Assembly: GCA_002269645.1 (NCBI GenBank) | Contig: NIVC01001145.1 | Span: 260,651 to 324,650, forward strand | Length of the DNA: 64,000 bases | Source: Macrostomum lignano | Lineage: Eukaryota | Direction: 5' to 3' | Shown: positions 48,040 to 60,184 of the stretch, in pieces | Layout: every line of letters starts with the position of its first letter | Position numbering within the stretch: the first letter of the stretch is position 1 | Position numbers and translations under genes: made by a program | Notes under the pieces: generated by a model | The model's database searches: none | Told to the model about the DNA's origin: nothing | Seen by the model: only the letters and a program-made list of their open reading frames with translations

Positions 48040-51015
48040 CTAGAGTGACCCCTTTCTAGATAGAGCGACCACATTCGAGATGGAGTGACCCCATTGCAGC
48101 TGAATTGACTCCTTTCTAGATAGAATGACTCGATTGCGGCTGGAGTGAACCCCATTGCAGCTAGAGTGACCCCATTGCAGCTAGAGTGACCCCATTGCAG
48201 CTAGAGTGACCCCATTGCAGCTAGAGTGACCCCATTGCAGCTAGAGTGACCCCATTGCAGCTAGAGTGACCCCATTGCAGCTAGAGTGACCCCATTGCAG
48301 CTAGAGTGAACCCCATTGCAGCTAGAGTGACCCCATTGAAGCTAGAGTGAACATTGCAGCTAGAATGACCCCATTGCAGCTAGAGTGACCCCATTGCAGC
48401 TAGAGTGACCCCATTGAAGCTAGAGTGAACCCCATTGCAGCTAGAGTGACCCCATTGAAGCTAGAGTGAACATTGCAGCTAGAATGACCCCATTGCAGCT
48501 AGAGTGACCCCATTGCAGCTAGAGTGAACCCCATTGTAGCTAGAGTGACCCCATTGAAGCTAGAGTGAACCCCATTGCAGCTAGAGTGACCCCATTGAAG
48601 CTAGAGTGAACCCCATTGCAGCTAGAGTGACCCCATTGCAGCTAGAGTGACCCCATTGCAGCTAGTGACCCCATTGCAGCTAGAGTGACCCCATTGCAGC
48701 TAGAGTGACCCCATTGCAGCTAGAGTGACCCCATTGCAGCTAGTGACCCCATTGCAGCTAGAGTGACCCCATTGCAGCTAGAGTGACCCCATTGCAGATA
48801 GAGTGACCCCATTCTAAATAGAGTGACCCTATCTCGATGAAAACGGTACCTGGGACAAGAAGCGGCCCGGAGTCACTTGCGTCACCCCAAAGTCGTTCTA
48901 GACGCGTTGCAGATGACACAGGTTAAATAGGAAAGAAGTGATTCTAAACACCTCTAAAGCGACGAGATGTCACGGTAAACAGTCGCCAAAAAGTCGTCAA
49001 AGAGTCGCCCCAGAATCACTTTGAAGCGTTGTATTGTCTGCCCCTGAAACGATTCTGGGGCGACTGTATAACGATTCTGGAGCCGAAGAGTCGTATTTGA
49101 GGCGTTGAGTTGTGTTTGAAGCGCATTTGCGTCGCTTGATGAATCAGAGTCACATTTCCGGCGTGTTAGCGGCGTTCTGGAATCGCTAAAAAGTCGCAAA
49201 AGAAGCGCTTTAGCGTCACTGCAGAATCGTTAGTGCAGCACTTCTGAGGCGCTCTGGACGCGTTACAGAGTCGTTACTACCGGCCTTAAACAGACTGCTG
49301 GATCGTTACTTCTGGGCAAATAGAAAACGCATGCTTATCGACTCAGAAGTGATGCACTAACGATTTTAAAATGACGCTAAAACGCTTCTTCTGCGACTTT
49401 TTTGACGACTTGTAATCGTATGTGTCCATTACTCTGCCGCGTTCAGTGGCTTGCCTATTTATGCCGCCGCGTCGTTTGCTGCTCCCCCCTTTAATGCTTC
49501 GTTGCACTGTTGCCGCCTCGCTGCTCGCCTCTTGGCCTGTCCATCCTCATGGTTTAGAGTCGTTAGAATCACTTCTTTCCTGTTTAACCTGTCATCGGGA
49601 ACGCGTCTGAAGCGACTCTGAGGCAACGCAAGTGACTCCGGGACGCTTCTTGGCTTAGGTGCCGTTTTCATCGGGCAATAAACACTCAGTTTTAGCCTAC
49701 TGAGTTAGCGGAAAGTTAAGTGCCAGCACAAATATTCTTGGAAGACTTTTTCGCGACTATTTTACGCTTCTACAACTCACGTGACGCGCTTGTGATGCAA
49801 CAATCACCTCTCCGTCGGATTTGACGCGTTTGAGTCGTTAAAAAGTCACAAGAGTCGCCCCAGACGCGCTAGAGTCTAGAGAGTTGTTTGCAACGACTTT
49901 TTAGCGACTCTTGTCACGGTATCGTTTTAAACGGGTATTCTAGATAGAGTGACTGTTGCAGCTGAAGTGACCCCATTGCAGCTGAAGTGACCCCATTGCA
50001 GCTGAAGTGACCCCATTGCAGCAGAGTGACTATTGCAGCTGATGTGACCCCATTGCAGCAGAGTGACTGTTGCAGCTGAAGTGACCCCATTGCAGCTGAG
50101 TGACTATTGCAGCTGATGTGACCCCATTGCAGCAGAGTGACTGTTGCAGCTGAAGTGACCCCATTGCAGCTGAAGTGACCCCATTGCAGCAGAGTGACTA
50201 TTGCAGCTGATGTGACCCCATTGCAGCAGAGTGACTATTGCAGCTGATGTGACCCCATTGCAGCAGAGTGACTGTTGCAGCTGAAGTGACCCCATTGCAG
50301 CAGAGTGACTATTGCAGCTGATGTGACCCCATTGCAGCAGAGTGACTGTTGCAGCTGAAGTGACCCCATTGCAGCAGAGTGACTATTGCAGCTGATGTGA
50401 CCCCATTGCAGCAGAGTGACTGTTGCAGCTGAAGTGACCCCATTGCAGCTGAAGTGACCCCATTGCAGCAGAGTGACTATTGCAGCTGATGTGACCCCAT
50501 TGCAGCAGAGTGACTATTGCAGCTGATGTGACCCCATTGCAGCAGAGTGACTGTTGCAGCTGAAGTGACCCCATTGCAGCAGAGTGACTATTGCAGCTGA
50601 TGTGACCCCATTGCAGCAGAGTGACTGTTGCAGCTGAAGTGACCCCATTGCAGCAGAGTGACTGTTGCAGCTGAAGTGACCCCATTGCAGCAGAGTGACT
50701 ATTGCAGCTGATGTGACCCCATTGCAGCAGAGTGACCCCATTCTAGATAGTGACCTAATTGCAGCTGGAATGACCCCATTGCAGCTAGAGTGAACCCCAT
50801 TCTAGATAGAGTGACCTAATTGCAGCTGGAATGACCCCATTGCAGCTAGAGTGAACCCCATTCTAGATAGAGTGACCCCATGTCCCCATTACAGCATATG
50901 TGAACCCATTACAGCATATGTGAACCCATTACAGCTAGAGTGACCCCATTACAGCTAGAGTGAGCGCCATTCTAGATAGAGTGACCCTATTGCGGCTGGA
51001 GTGACCCCATTGTAA
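48040..51015. repeat. 20-bp satellite (CTAGAGTGACCCCATTGCAG)n, interrupted by a TIR element; right part has 37-bp composite units
   Basis: Directly visible on both sides of 48833-49935. Confidence 0.95.
48833..49935. mobile_element. Non-autonomous TIR element with an extra internal end
   Basis: About 125-bp inverted repeats at 48833-48960 and 49552-49675. A second terminus-like GGTATCGTTTTAAACGGG ends at 49935. TAT flanks both outer ends (48830-48832 and 49936-49938). Subterminal GTCG/CGAC motifs are frequent. Confidence 0.65.
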
Positions 51016-51131
51016 ATAGAACCCAATCATGAATGCTATAAATGCAATGAAAACAGTCTGCCCATCTGCATTTCCAGTTCGCCTGCAGAACAGAACCCTG
51101 AGATTACGTAACCCTCACTTCAGTCCCAGGC

Positions 51132-53185
51132 ATGAAGCGAGCCAACCCACAGTTCGCAACTCCTTCTCTGGGTTCATCCGAGGTCAGCACTGACCCCTGC
51201 CTGCTAGATCGAAAGCGTCTGAGGCCCACCGCTGCGGCCTCTGCAGCTCCAAACAGATTGAAGTCTATGACTAAACAGTTGAGCAGTAGTAGTCTCGTAA
51301 TTCGCAAGGATGCTGCACTGCAGCGGAAGCAGCTGCATCCTATGCAGCAAGTTGAACCGCCCTATCTACCCGCGTCTAGCACTGGCCGCGGCCGAGCTGA
51401 CAATTCTCAAGTCCGCGTACAATTGCTGCCTGTTCAGGCTGAGAATATTCGACTCCAGTCAATGGCCACTTCTCGCCTTCGAACTCATATCTGGCGTCAC
51501 GGTCCATCGCAGGCTATGTCGCGATCACAGTCTACCGCCTGTCTAGTTCGGTCCCGGTCTCCGTCCCAGCCGCATCCCTCTCGACCTCACTTGTCCCTAT
51601 CCCATGCTGTGCGGTCACAGTCCCCGCCAGTGACTAGATCCCAATCTCCATCAGTGACTAGATCCCAATCTCCATCAGTGACTGGATCCCAATCTCCGTC
51701 AGTGACTAGATCCCAATCTCCGTCAGTGACTAGATCCCAATCTCCGTCAGTGACTAGATCCCAATCTCCATCAGTGACTAGATCCCAATCTCCATCAGTG
51801 ACTAGATCCCAATCTCCATCAGTGACTAGATCCCAGTCTCCGTCAGTGACTGGATCCCAATCTCCGTCAGTGACTAGATCCCAATCTCCGTCAGTGACTG
51901 GATCCCAATCTCCATCAGTGACTGGATCCCAATCTCCATCAGTGACTAGATCCCAGTCTCCGTCAGTGACTAGATCCCAGTCTCCGTCAGTGACTAGATC
52001 TCAATCTCCGTCAGTGACTAGATCCCAGTCTCCGTCAGTGACTAGATCCCAGTCTCCGTCAGTGACTAGATCCCAATCTCCGTCACTGCTTAGATCCGGG
52101 CCCCAGTCCCGGGTAAGGGCAAGATCCCAATCGCCGTCCCGGCCGCTCCGATCGCTATTCAAGTGCCGACGACACTCGCCCTCGCGGTCCCAGACGGGCC
52201 AGTCGCGGCCGCCGCGTCGGGTTCGCTTTGCCGATCAGATTCGCGCGTTTCTATTCGAACGCGCCCTCGGCTTCTCCTGCGTCCCCAGTCGCGGTAGCGT
52301 CGGCCTTGGCATGCAGTTGAACCATTGCGCCGTTGAGTCGCTGGCTCCGCATGATCGGCCAGTCGATGATAATAACAGTAGTAGCAGCACCGGCTATTCG
52401 GCAGCGTTCGGTTTCCGTTTAGCCGAAGACGGCCAGGCTCTGTCGCCGTTGCCAGTTAGATCGCGTCGCCAACTGCTGCGAGAGTCCGGCGTCCGACGTG
52501 CGGACTCAGCGGAGGAGCGGGCGGAGTGCCGGCTAATACGGGCTAGCCGGGAGCGCTGCGGCTGCGACTGTCCAGACGGTTGCATTCTGGGCGTTTGTCC
52601 GTGCGCCGGAGACGAGATTCCTTGTCAGGTAAGCGAGGCCTATGGCGGTACATCTGTAGTCCCGGGTGACACCTTACTGGCCAACAATTTTCTCTTAGCT
52701 TTTGGTAAACAAACTGAAAATAAAACCGGGAAGAAGCACTGCAACGATGTGGTATCGGTTAAAAATTTTTTAAATAAGCCAAGTCAAATCCTTAGGTGGC
52801 AGAGGTAGCTCAGCGTTAAACTGAGCTAGGCGGCAGTGCCCAAAGCTACTGGCAAAATAACTTGCTCACCAAACAAGTCCATTCTCATTCAAATTCTTTC
52901 AAGGTTGACCGCGCCGGGTTTCCGTGCGCCTGCGCCCGGCCCGAGGCCTGCGCCAATCCGGCTGGCCGGCTTGAGTTCAACCCGTCGCGAGTTCGAGCTC
53001 ACTATGTGCACACCGCCCACCGGCTCAGTCTGGAGTCTGAGCAGCAACAGGCAGACCTGTTCACACCAGACGGTTCGTGTTCGGTGTGCGCCGATGTTGA
53101 CAACGTCCAAGATCAGTGTTCTACAATGCCATTGACTGGCGCACCTCTTCTCACTGCTGCTAACGACATGCCAACAGCTACCTGA
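51132..53185 (+). CDS. CSRNP: Cysteine/serine-rich nuclear protein (CSRNP/AXUD1 family)
   Basis: Exons 51132-52628 (CAG|GTAAGC) and 52904-53185. Conserved domain RRVRF..FLFERALGFSCVPSRGSVGLGMQLNH..RRQLLRESGV..EERAECRLIRASRERCGCDC..CPC..IPCQ|VDRAGFPCAC..CANPAGRLEFNPSRVRAHYVHT. Confidence 0.9.
51629..52087 (+). repeat. Exonic 24-bp repeat encoding (T[R/G]SQSPSV) x about 19
   Basis: In frame within the CSRNP exon. Confidence 0.92.
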
Positions 53186-53954
53186 GCAAATGTGATCACT
53201 TTAACAATAAAATTTAGGACTTTAGGAATTCCAAAAATTCTGGGCCTTAGCCTAACCGCGACTCTATGCATGTATAATAAATAGTATGTAATTTTGTCGT
53301 GTACAGTGTTGTGCTCCATTTTTAGCGACGTGTTTTCATTATTCTTTATTGTTGTTTTAACTCTCTATATCGAAACTTTATTTGATTCTTTCCTTTATTA
53401 TCTCCGATAAATGTTGTTGACTTCATTTTTTGTAAAAAAATCTGTTGATTTGACTGCTCACCTGGCAACTCGGATTGGCTTGCTAAGCTTGTACGCTTTT
53501 GAAACGCTTTTGTATGTTAATGCATCGCTGCAGTTTGGTAATTTTATTATTTTACAAAATAAACCATTGAATCAACTTGTTTATCAGTCTAGTTGTTGTG
53601 AATTAAATTTCTAGCAGTACTTGCCTACTTCTTCCCTTTTTTCACTTCCAAAACAACTTCTAAATGTGACTTCTGGAGGGAAGGGGTTCGATTACAGCTG
53701 CGTCTATACAGTGTCTAGTTAAGGACTATGGAATGAATTATCTTGTTAGGAAACCTATCTGATTGCATGCACAGTTAATACAGTCATCCTACTCAGGGGC
53801 GTTTACGTACCTGTATAAACGCTTGCTTGAAAGTAACGAAGTTACAAAAGTTAGGAAAATTGTGAGAATTACTGCACAAAAAATACCTCATACGGTCGTA
53901 TAACTAACAGTTTATATCTCTCTGTGCTACATGTAGGTTGTAACCCCTGAGTTA

Positions 53955-54319
53955 AGGGGGCCGTAGCGCAGCGATAGCGCAGCTGCTCTGGTGTGCCAGC
54001 GACCCAGGCGCGATTCCAAGTGCAGTCATTAATTTGGGGCTGAATTGGAATCTCGGCTTGGCTCTGCTCGTGCAATTAACGGCCTTGAGAGCCAACCCCC
54101 CAAGGCGCAGTGAAGTGTACATGCCTAACAATTGATAAAGTTAGGGCCGCTGTACACTCCTGTGTGAGTGTGTGCCGTGCCTGCGTAACGTATCCGCGCG
54201 CTTGTATGCCTGCTCAGGGGAGTCGGCGGAATGGGCAGTAATGCCTCTCGCCGGTTGTGTGCCTATGTCGCTTAAAGTGCGCCAGGGTACACACAACCCC
54301 CCTGCCTCTAATAAAAAAA
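53955..54319 (+). mobile_element. tRNA-derived SINE, full length
   Basis: 14-bp TSD TAACCCCTGAGTTA at 53941-53954 and 54320-54333. Head GGGGGCCGTAGCGCAGCGATAGCGC (A-box-like) ... CCAGGCGCGATTCC (B-box-like); AATAAAAAAA tail. Confidence 0.85.
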
Positions 54320-55292
54320 TAACCCCTGAGTTAGGGCGTTGACAGCAATTTCGTCTACCTTATCAATCTGGTTCCTGACGTTCGCGAGACTGCGTCTTCT
54401 TTCGTCTGGGCTGTTTCTGCGATCTCAGTCCTGGAGTTCGAGGCGCCAACTGACTGTCAGAAGCTAGGTGGCATTGGACCAGAGGGAGGTTAAGACCAGC
54501 GATGATCAGTGATTGCGATGAGCGATGAGCGAGTCACCGACTTAGCACTGTACCACCGTGCCGGTCTGGTCCGCTCAAACGACCTGTCACCTGACTGCAT
54601 CATCCGTACCGACTCGTACTGCCCAAAGCCGGTGCTGCTGCTGGCACTGCAGGCAACCTACCGGTGAGTACAGGCACGCACTTTGGCAATCCGTCGACTG
54701 CTTGGATTCGGTCGGCAGCGCGGCCTATGCTCGCGACCACGCGCACTGTGATGCTGCTCTGTTTTATTAGAGTCAGACTTTAACTGAGTGCGTAGCTATC
54801 TATATACGCGTCTTTTTTGCTACTCAGTACCTGCAGGAAATAGTATGTCAATCGTTTGTCTAGTGAGGTTGACGCTAGCTTTAGTCTTAAAACATGCATA
54901 CATCCTATCTAATGTGCTACGAACGTAAATGCGGTTTCATATCTACCGGTATATGTACAATCCCGTGCCTAGCGGCTTTATTAGAACTCGTAGGTAAGCT
55001 AAGTGCCAAGGTCAGGCAGAAGACGACTACGTTGCGAGTCTAATTGCGATAAGTTCTTTAACTCGATCGGAGCCATAGAAAGTGTAGATGCTATATTGCT
55101 TTCTATATTGCTTCTCTTGCTCTTCGATTTTAATTATCTATGGCTGAAAAGTCAAGTGAACAATTGACAGGAAAGATTAAAAAGAACAAGCGAGGGAAGA
55201 AATATTCTGACTGATACATCTTGTTTGCTTGGCCCGTGACTTTTGTCAGACGAATACTAAACTTTCTGGGCCAGTTGTCAACTTTCAGCACA

Positions 55293-57898
55293 ATGTCGGA
55301 CGGCTCAGAGAAGGGCAAAGGCAAAGGCGCCGGAAAGAAGAAGGCCGGAGGAACCGAGGGTAAGGAAGTAATTTTTGTTAGTTTCTGGTTGAATTTTATT
55401 CGGCGTAAAATTCTCTATAAGAGTCCAAACGAGATGGTCAGTGGTATAATCACTCATGATATTTACGAGTATTCGGATGCCATAGCTCGGTCATTGAAGG
55501 GGTCGCTACTTATCATGCTAAATAATGTATCATTTCGACTCGAAGTTCACTTAAAGTACATCATGCGTAGTATCAACTCTGCTCATTGCAATCCCACACC
55601 AGGCCTGGGCCGTTCGTCTATGCAGAAGAACGGCGATGGTACCCTGGTCATGCCCAGATTCTACGATCTGCTTCCAACTGCCAATCTGCGCAAAGAGATG
55701 AACAACTACTTGGATTTGGACGTGCTGTTTATGAAGCTAAAGTACAATCAATTTTATAACCGAGCTACAGACAACGCCGTGAAGACAGGCAAATCTAAGC
55801 CAGAGAATGTCGGATTCGAGGGCAGGCCGTGAGTGCAACAGCTTGCATTCAATTGGTCCTGCATTGTATTTAATCCCGTCTTAGCATAATCAAAGCTGTG
55901 CGGGTACATACTCTTTATACCCTGTAGTTTTTGCCAATATTACCCTGTTGAACTGCTTTTTCGTGTTTTAAACCAAGTAGTTGGTAAAATTCTTTGATTC
56001 TCGACAACCCTAAAGAAAAATCTAAAAGACTCTAGAAATAAAACTTTTCCTCCTCAAGGTTGAGGACAATTTACAAGTACATGAAACTAATGCATGTCGA
56101 CTCTGGATCAGCATAGTTCCCGGTAGTTCCCAGTAAGCCAGTTAAACAGACATACGAGACGCTGATCTCAAATTCGTATACGAAATCCGACAGACTGACC
56201 ATCGTTTGGGACGATGATACGCGCGAGGACAACAAGTTGAACGGCTACCGAATCATCGCTCTGCTCATGGCGGTGCGCTACTGCCTAGTGCAGCACATGG
56301 CCTGCGAGGAATGCGAAGGTCCGGCCTTTGTGTTCACCGATTTGCACGGTCAGCACTCAGATCAGCTGCGCTGGTTTTTCCTGTTCGGCGGACCCGAGCA
56401 GCAGAATGTCTACAATTACGTCATCTGCGGCGACTCCGTCGATCGTGGACCGCGCCAGATGGAGACCACACTGCTGCTGCTGTACTACAAGCTGCGCTAT
56501 CCGACCCGAATGTTCTTTCTTAAAGGCAATCACGAAGATTTTGATATGCACGAGCACTACGGCTTTATGGACGAAGTGCGCAATCGGTGAGTATAGCTCT
56601 TGTACTGCTTGTTCTTATTATTCTACAAGTAAATCCAAATGTTCTCTGACGCTTTCCCAAGCACTCTAGACTCTAATTGTAACTCTAGGGTGTCCGTGCT
56701 CTATACATGTACACCTAACGTAAGGATATTTGTTGCCCAAACCATTTGGATAATCAATTCATCTTGTCGTCCGTTAATAATTTTCAATAAAATGTAAACA
56801 ACTTGCCATTAGACGCTTCTAACACATCTATTTTAAATTTTAGCTGCTCCGAAAACGCCGGCAACAATGCCGCCCTCTACGACCTGTCATTCAACAACAT
56901 GTACTACATGTTTGTGCACGTATTCGACTACCTGCCGTCCGTGTGCATCTTAGACAGAAAAATCTACTGCGTACACGGCGGCATCTCGCCGATACTTACC
57001 ATGTGTCACACGTGCCGCGCCGGCACCGGCAAAAGTCGAATTGTTGACATCTGCGAGATACCGGATCACATGTCGTCTAGTCAGACTGTCGACTACCTGA
57101 TTGACCTAATTAATACCAGGGTGAAGAATCCTAGCGAAATTGGCGACGCTTACGTCAAAGACAAGGGTGAGATGCTGCCTGAGATGACTTGAGAAAGAAA
57201 AGAGCATTACGTATTATGAACCTATAATCAATATTTAATTCAAACAGAGGTGCTTCGTGACGTCATCAGTACAAAGACCTTCGAAACGTACGGCTTCTTA
57301 TTGTCTGACCTTCTGTGGTCGGATCCGTCGGTGGTAAAAGGCACGACCGGACCCAACGATCAGAAGTGGCATCAGAGCAAAGGCTGGATATTTAACAACG
57401 ATCGAAAGATCTCCTACATTTTTGGTACCAACGTTATTGAGAAGTTTCTGAACTCTTGGCAGTTAAACTTGATTATTCGCGGTGAGTGGTTATTGGAATG
57501 TGCGAACATCACTAACGACCAGTTACTTTCCAACACACGTACAACACTGTCTTTTCCGAATGGTCCCAAAACGAGAGTTAGTGTATCGTACCAAAGACCT
57601 AAATGTTATAATCTTTTATTAGCAATCAGAATGAACAGCATTTCTTATGTGTTTCACATAAACTGCGTTTAATCTACATTGAACCTCAAAAAATGTGACA
57701 GGTCACGATGTGCGCATGACTGGCTACGAATGGCACTATAAGAAGAACCTGATCACGGCATTCTCGGCCCCAGGCTACACTGGCAAGTCCAACAAAGGCT
57801 GCGTTGCTATGGTCTCGGTGAAACGCGACGACGATACCAAGCGCAAGGTTCGTGTCGATCCCATTGTGCTGGACAAGATCACTCGCGTCAATAATTAA
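55293..57898 (+). CDS. Divergent PPP-family Ser/Thr phosphatase (PP1-like)
   Basis: Exons 55293-55359, 55603-55828, 56194-56586, 56844-57166, 57248-57481 and 57702-57898 are phase-consistent; an optional micro-exon at about 55422-55436 is possible. Motifs TDLHG, GDSVDRG, KGNHE, VHGG, DLLWSDP, RGH and SAPGY. Confidence 0.88.
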
Positions 57899-58341
57899 CA
57901 TTGGACGATATAAATCTACCTTTTTATGGAGGAAAACAGCATGACAGACAATGCTGACGAGGAAAATGTTCTGACACAACCTGCGCATGGTTTCCAAAGC
58001 CCAGAAAATGCTTAAAATTGGCTTTTGGCTTTTATTTTAACAGAGGAAATATACGATTTTCTTTCGAAGTTTTTTCTCTGCATTCAATATACTATGCACT
58101 GTCGACTATAATATTTGCGGCATTTTCATCATACGTGATTTTTTTATATTCCATAAATTGATGAACGAATCACATACTGTGCCTTTTGGCCATTCATAGT
58201 GTCTGACCTACCACTTCATTCAATGGGTGTAGCCGAGGTCAACCAATAGACTGACAAAACTATGGCGCCTGTTCACAACAGGTGCGACGCCCCCTGTTGC
58301 CAATTTTTGTAGTTCCTTAACAAATTACTCGTACTTTAGTT

Positions 58342-58700
58342 TTGGCGCCCCTTGGTGCTGGCGCCCCTTGGTGCTGGCGCCCCTTGGTGCTGGCGCCCCT
58401 TGGTGCTGGCGCCCCTTGGTGCTGGCGCCCCTTGGTGCTGGCGCCCCTTGGTGCTGGCGCCCCTTGGTGCTGGCGCCCCTTGGTGCTGGCGCCCCTTGGT
58501 GCTGGCGCCCCTTGGTGCTGGCGCCCCTTGGTGCTGGCGCCCCTTGGTGCTGGTGCCCCTTGGTGCTGGCGCCCCTTGGTGCTGGCGCCCCTTGGTGCTG
58601 GCGCCCCTTGGTGCTGGCGCCCCTTGGTGCTGGCGCCCCTTGGTGCTGGCGCCCCTTGGTGCTGGCGCCCCTTGGTGCTGGCGCCCCTTGGTGCTGGCGC
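58342..58700. repeat. 16-bp near-perfect repeat (GGCGCCCCTTGGTGCT) x about 22
   Basis: Directly visible. Confidence 0.97.
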
Positions 58701-60184
58701 TAGCGAATTCAGGCAATTCGTGCTAACAATTTGCCCATGCCAGCGTACATACGTATGCACATTTTATAACTTGACGCTTTACCACAACACTCATTTATTC
58801 ATTTTGTCAAAGAAATTTAATACAGACATAACAAATGCAACTTCAGGTCAGTGCAGTGGCTCTTCGTGGAGCGAGAAGGGTAAAAAGGCTTGGGCGAGCA
58901 AAAAAAACAAACAGAACTCAAACTGTCGGTCGGCAGTGGCACTCGAGGTGCTGCTACTGCAGTGTTGTTGGCTTTTCATGCCCTCAGTCTAAAGGAACGT
59001 TCGAGGGATCGGGGTGAAGTGTACAGTTATAAAAGTCTACTGATACGAGGGAGAACAGAGGGGTTGGAAGGCTAGGTTTAAGCAAGGGCTGGAAGGATAG
59101 GGAGCTCTAGAGAGAGTATCTGGAGTGGCAGTCTGTTTTTTCATTACTTCAGGCTAAGGGTGTTCGGGGTTCGGAGTCGGGTCGGGTTTCGGGTCGGGTT
59201 TTCGGGGTTGTCGGGTTCAAAGGAAAAATTTTGCGCTAACAATGACAACTTAAACCCAAGTTGGTAAACATTTTGGATAAGTGGGTGTTAAAGTCAATGC
59301 TAAGATCTTAAGAATGAGGAGTCAAATTATAGGGAGGGGAGGAGTGAAGACTTTGCTTGCTGATTGATGACTAGAAGTAGGAGTTAAGGAGCCAGGATTG
59401 CAAATGAGAACGAGAAGTAGACTACTAGAGTACTAGAGGTACCTCAGGACGTTTAACTCCCTTCAGTCGTCACTCTTGGAAAAAAGATCAACACGGAAAG
59501 CCTGAGATAAAGCGTTCTCCTTTCAGGGAAAGTTCGGGGTCAGGTCGGGTCGGATTTCGGTCCGGGTCAGGTTTCGGGTTCGGGGTCAGTGTTTCGGGTT
59601 CGGGGTTTACATTGATTATAATTCTTTTTTATGGAAACGTTATAATGCAAAAATGCGATCTTTTCCTTAAATTAGGAAATTCTATAGTTCAGCAAAATGC
59701 CGCTGAAGTAAAGAGATCCAGATTTCTAGCTTGAGGCGTCCATGGCCAGGGTTAGAAAAGACTGCGGGCAGACCACGCGGCCTCGCTGTCCATGCCTGCA
59801 CAACCAACCAATACCAAACCCCGGAATGTTTTGCCTTTCTCTCCTTACCCCCGCGTACAATCCACTAATGTACATTAAATGTTCCAAACAGTTGATGCAG
59901 CCCCTCTTCTTCGCGTGGGTTGAGAGTGAATTGGAAAAGAGCGCTTGGAAGGATACTTAGTGTACAGTTCAGAATGAGAAGAGGGCAAGAGCGGTTTTGC
60001 AACCGCCATTCTACGTAAACACGGTTTGATCTGATCGTGCGGGCAACTAGACGACCAGCTAGCGGCACTAAGTCAGCGACAAAGCTCATTCAGCAAATTA
60101 TTTTAATATTTTGTCGTTTTTAATTCTGTGTACAATCGACGCAGTTTAGTATCGTGGACTTCTTGGAGTTTCTAAAATTTCTAA

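Noticed and set aside
59150-59610. Two clusters of TCGGGT repeats resembling transposon subterminal motifs
   Set aside because: Both clusters are in the same orientation, and no matching opposite end or TSD was found.
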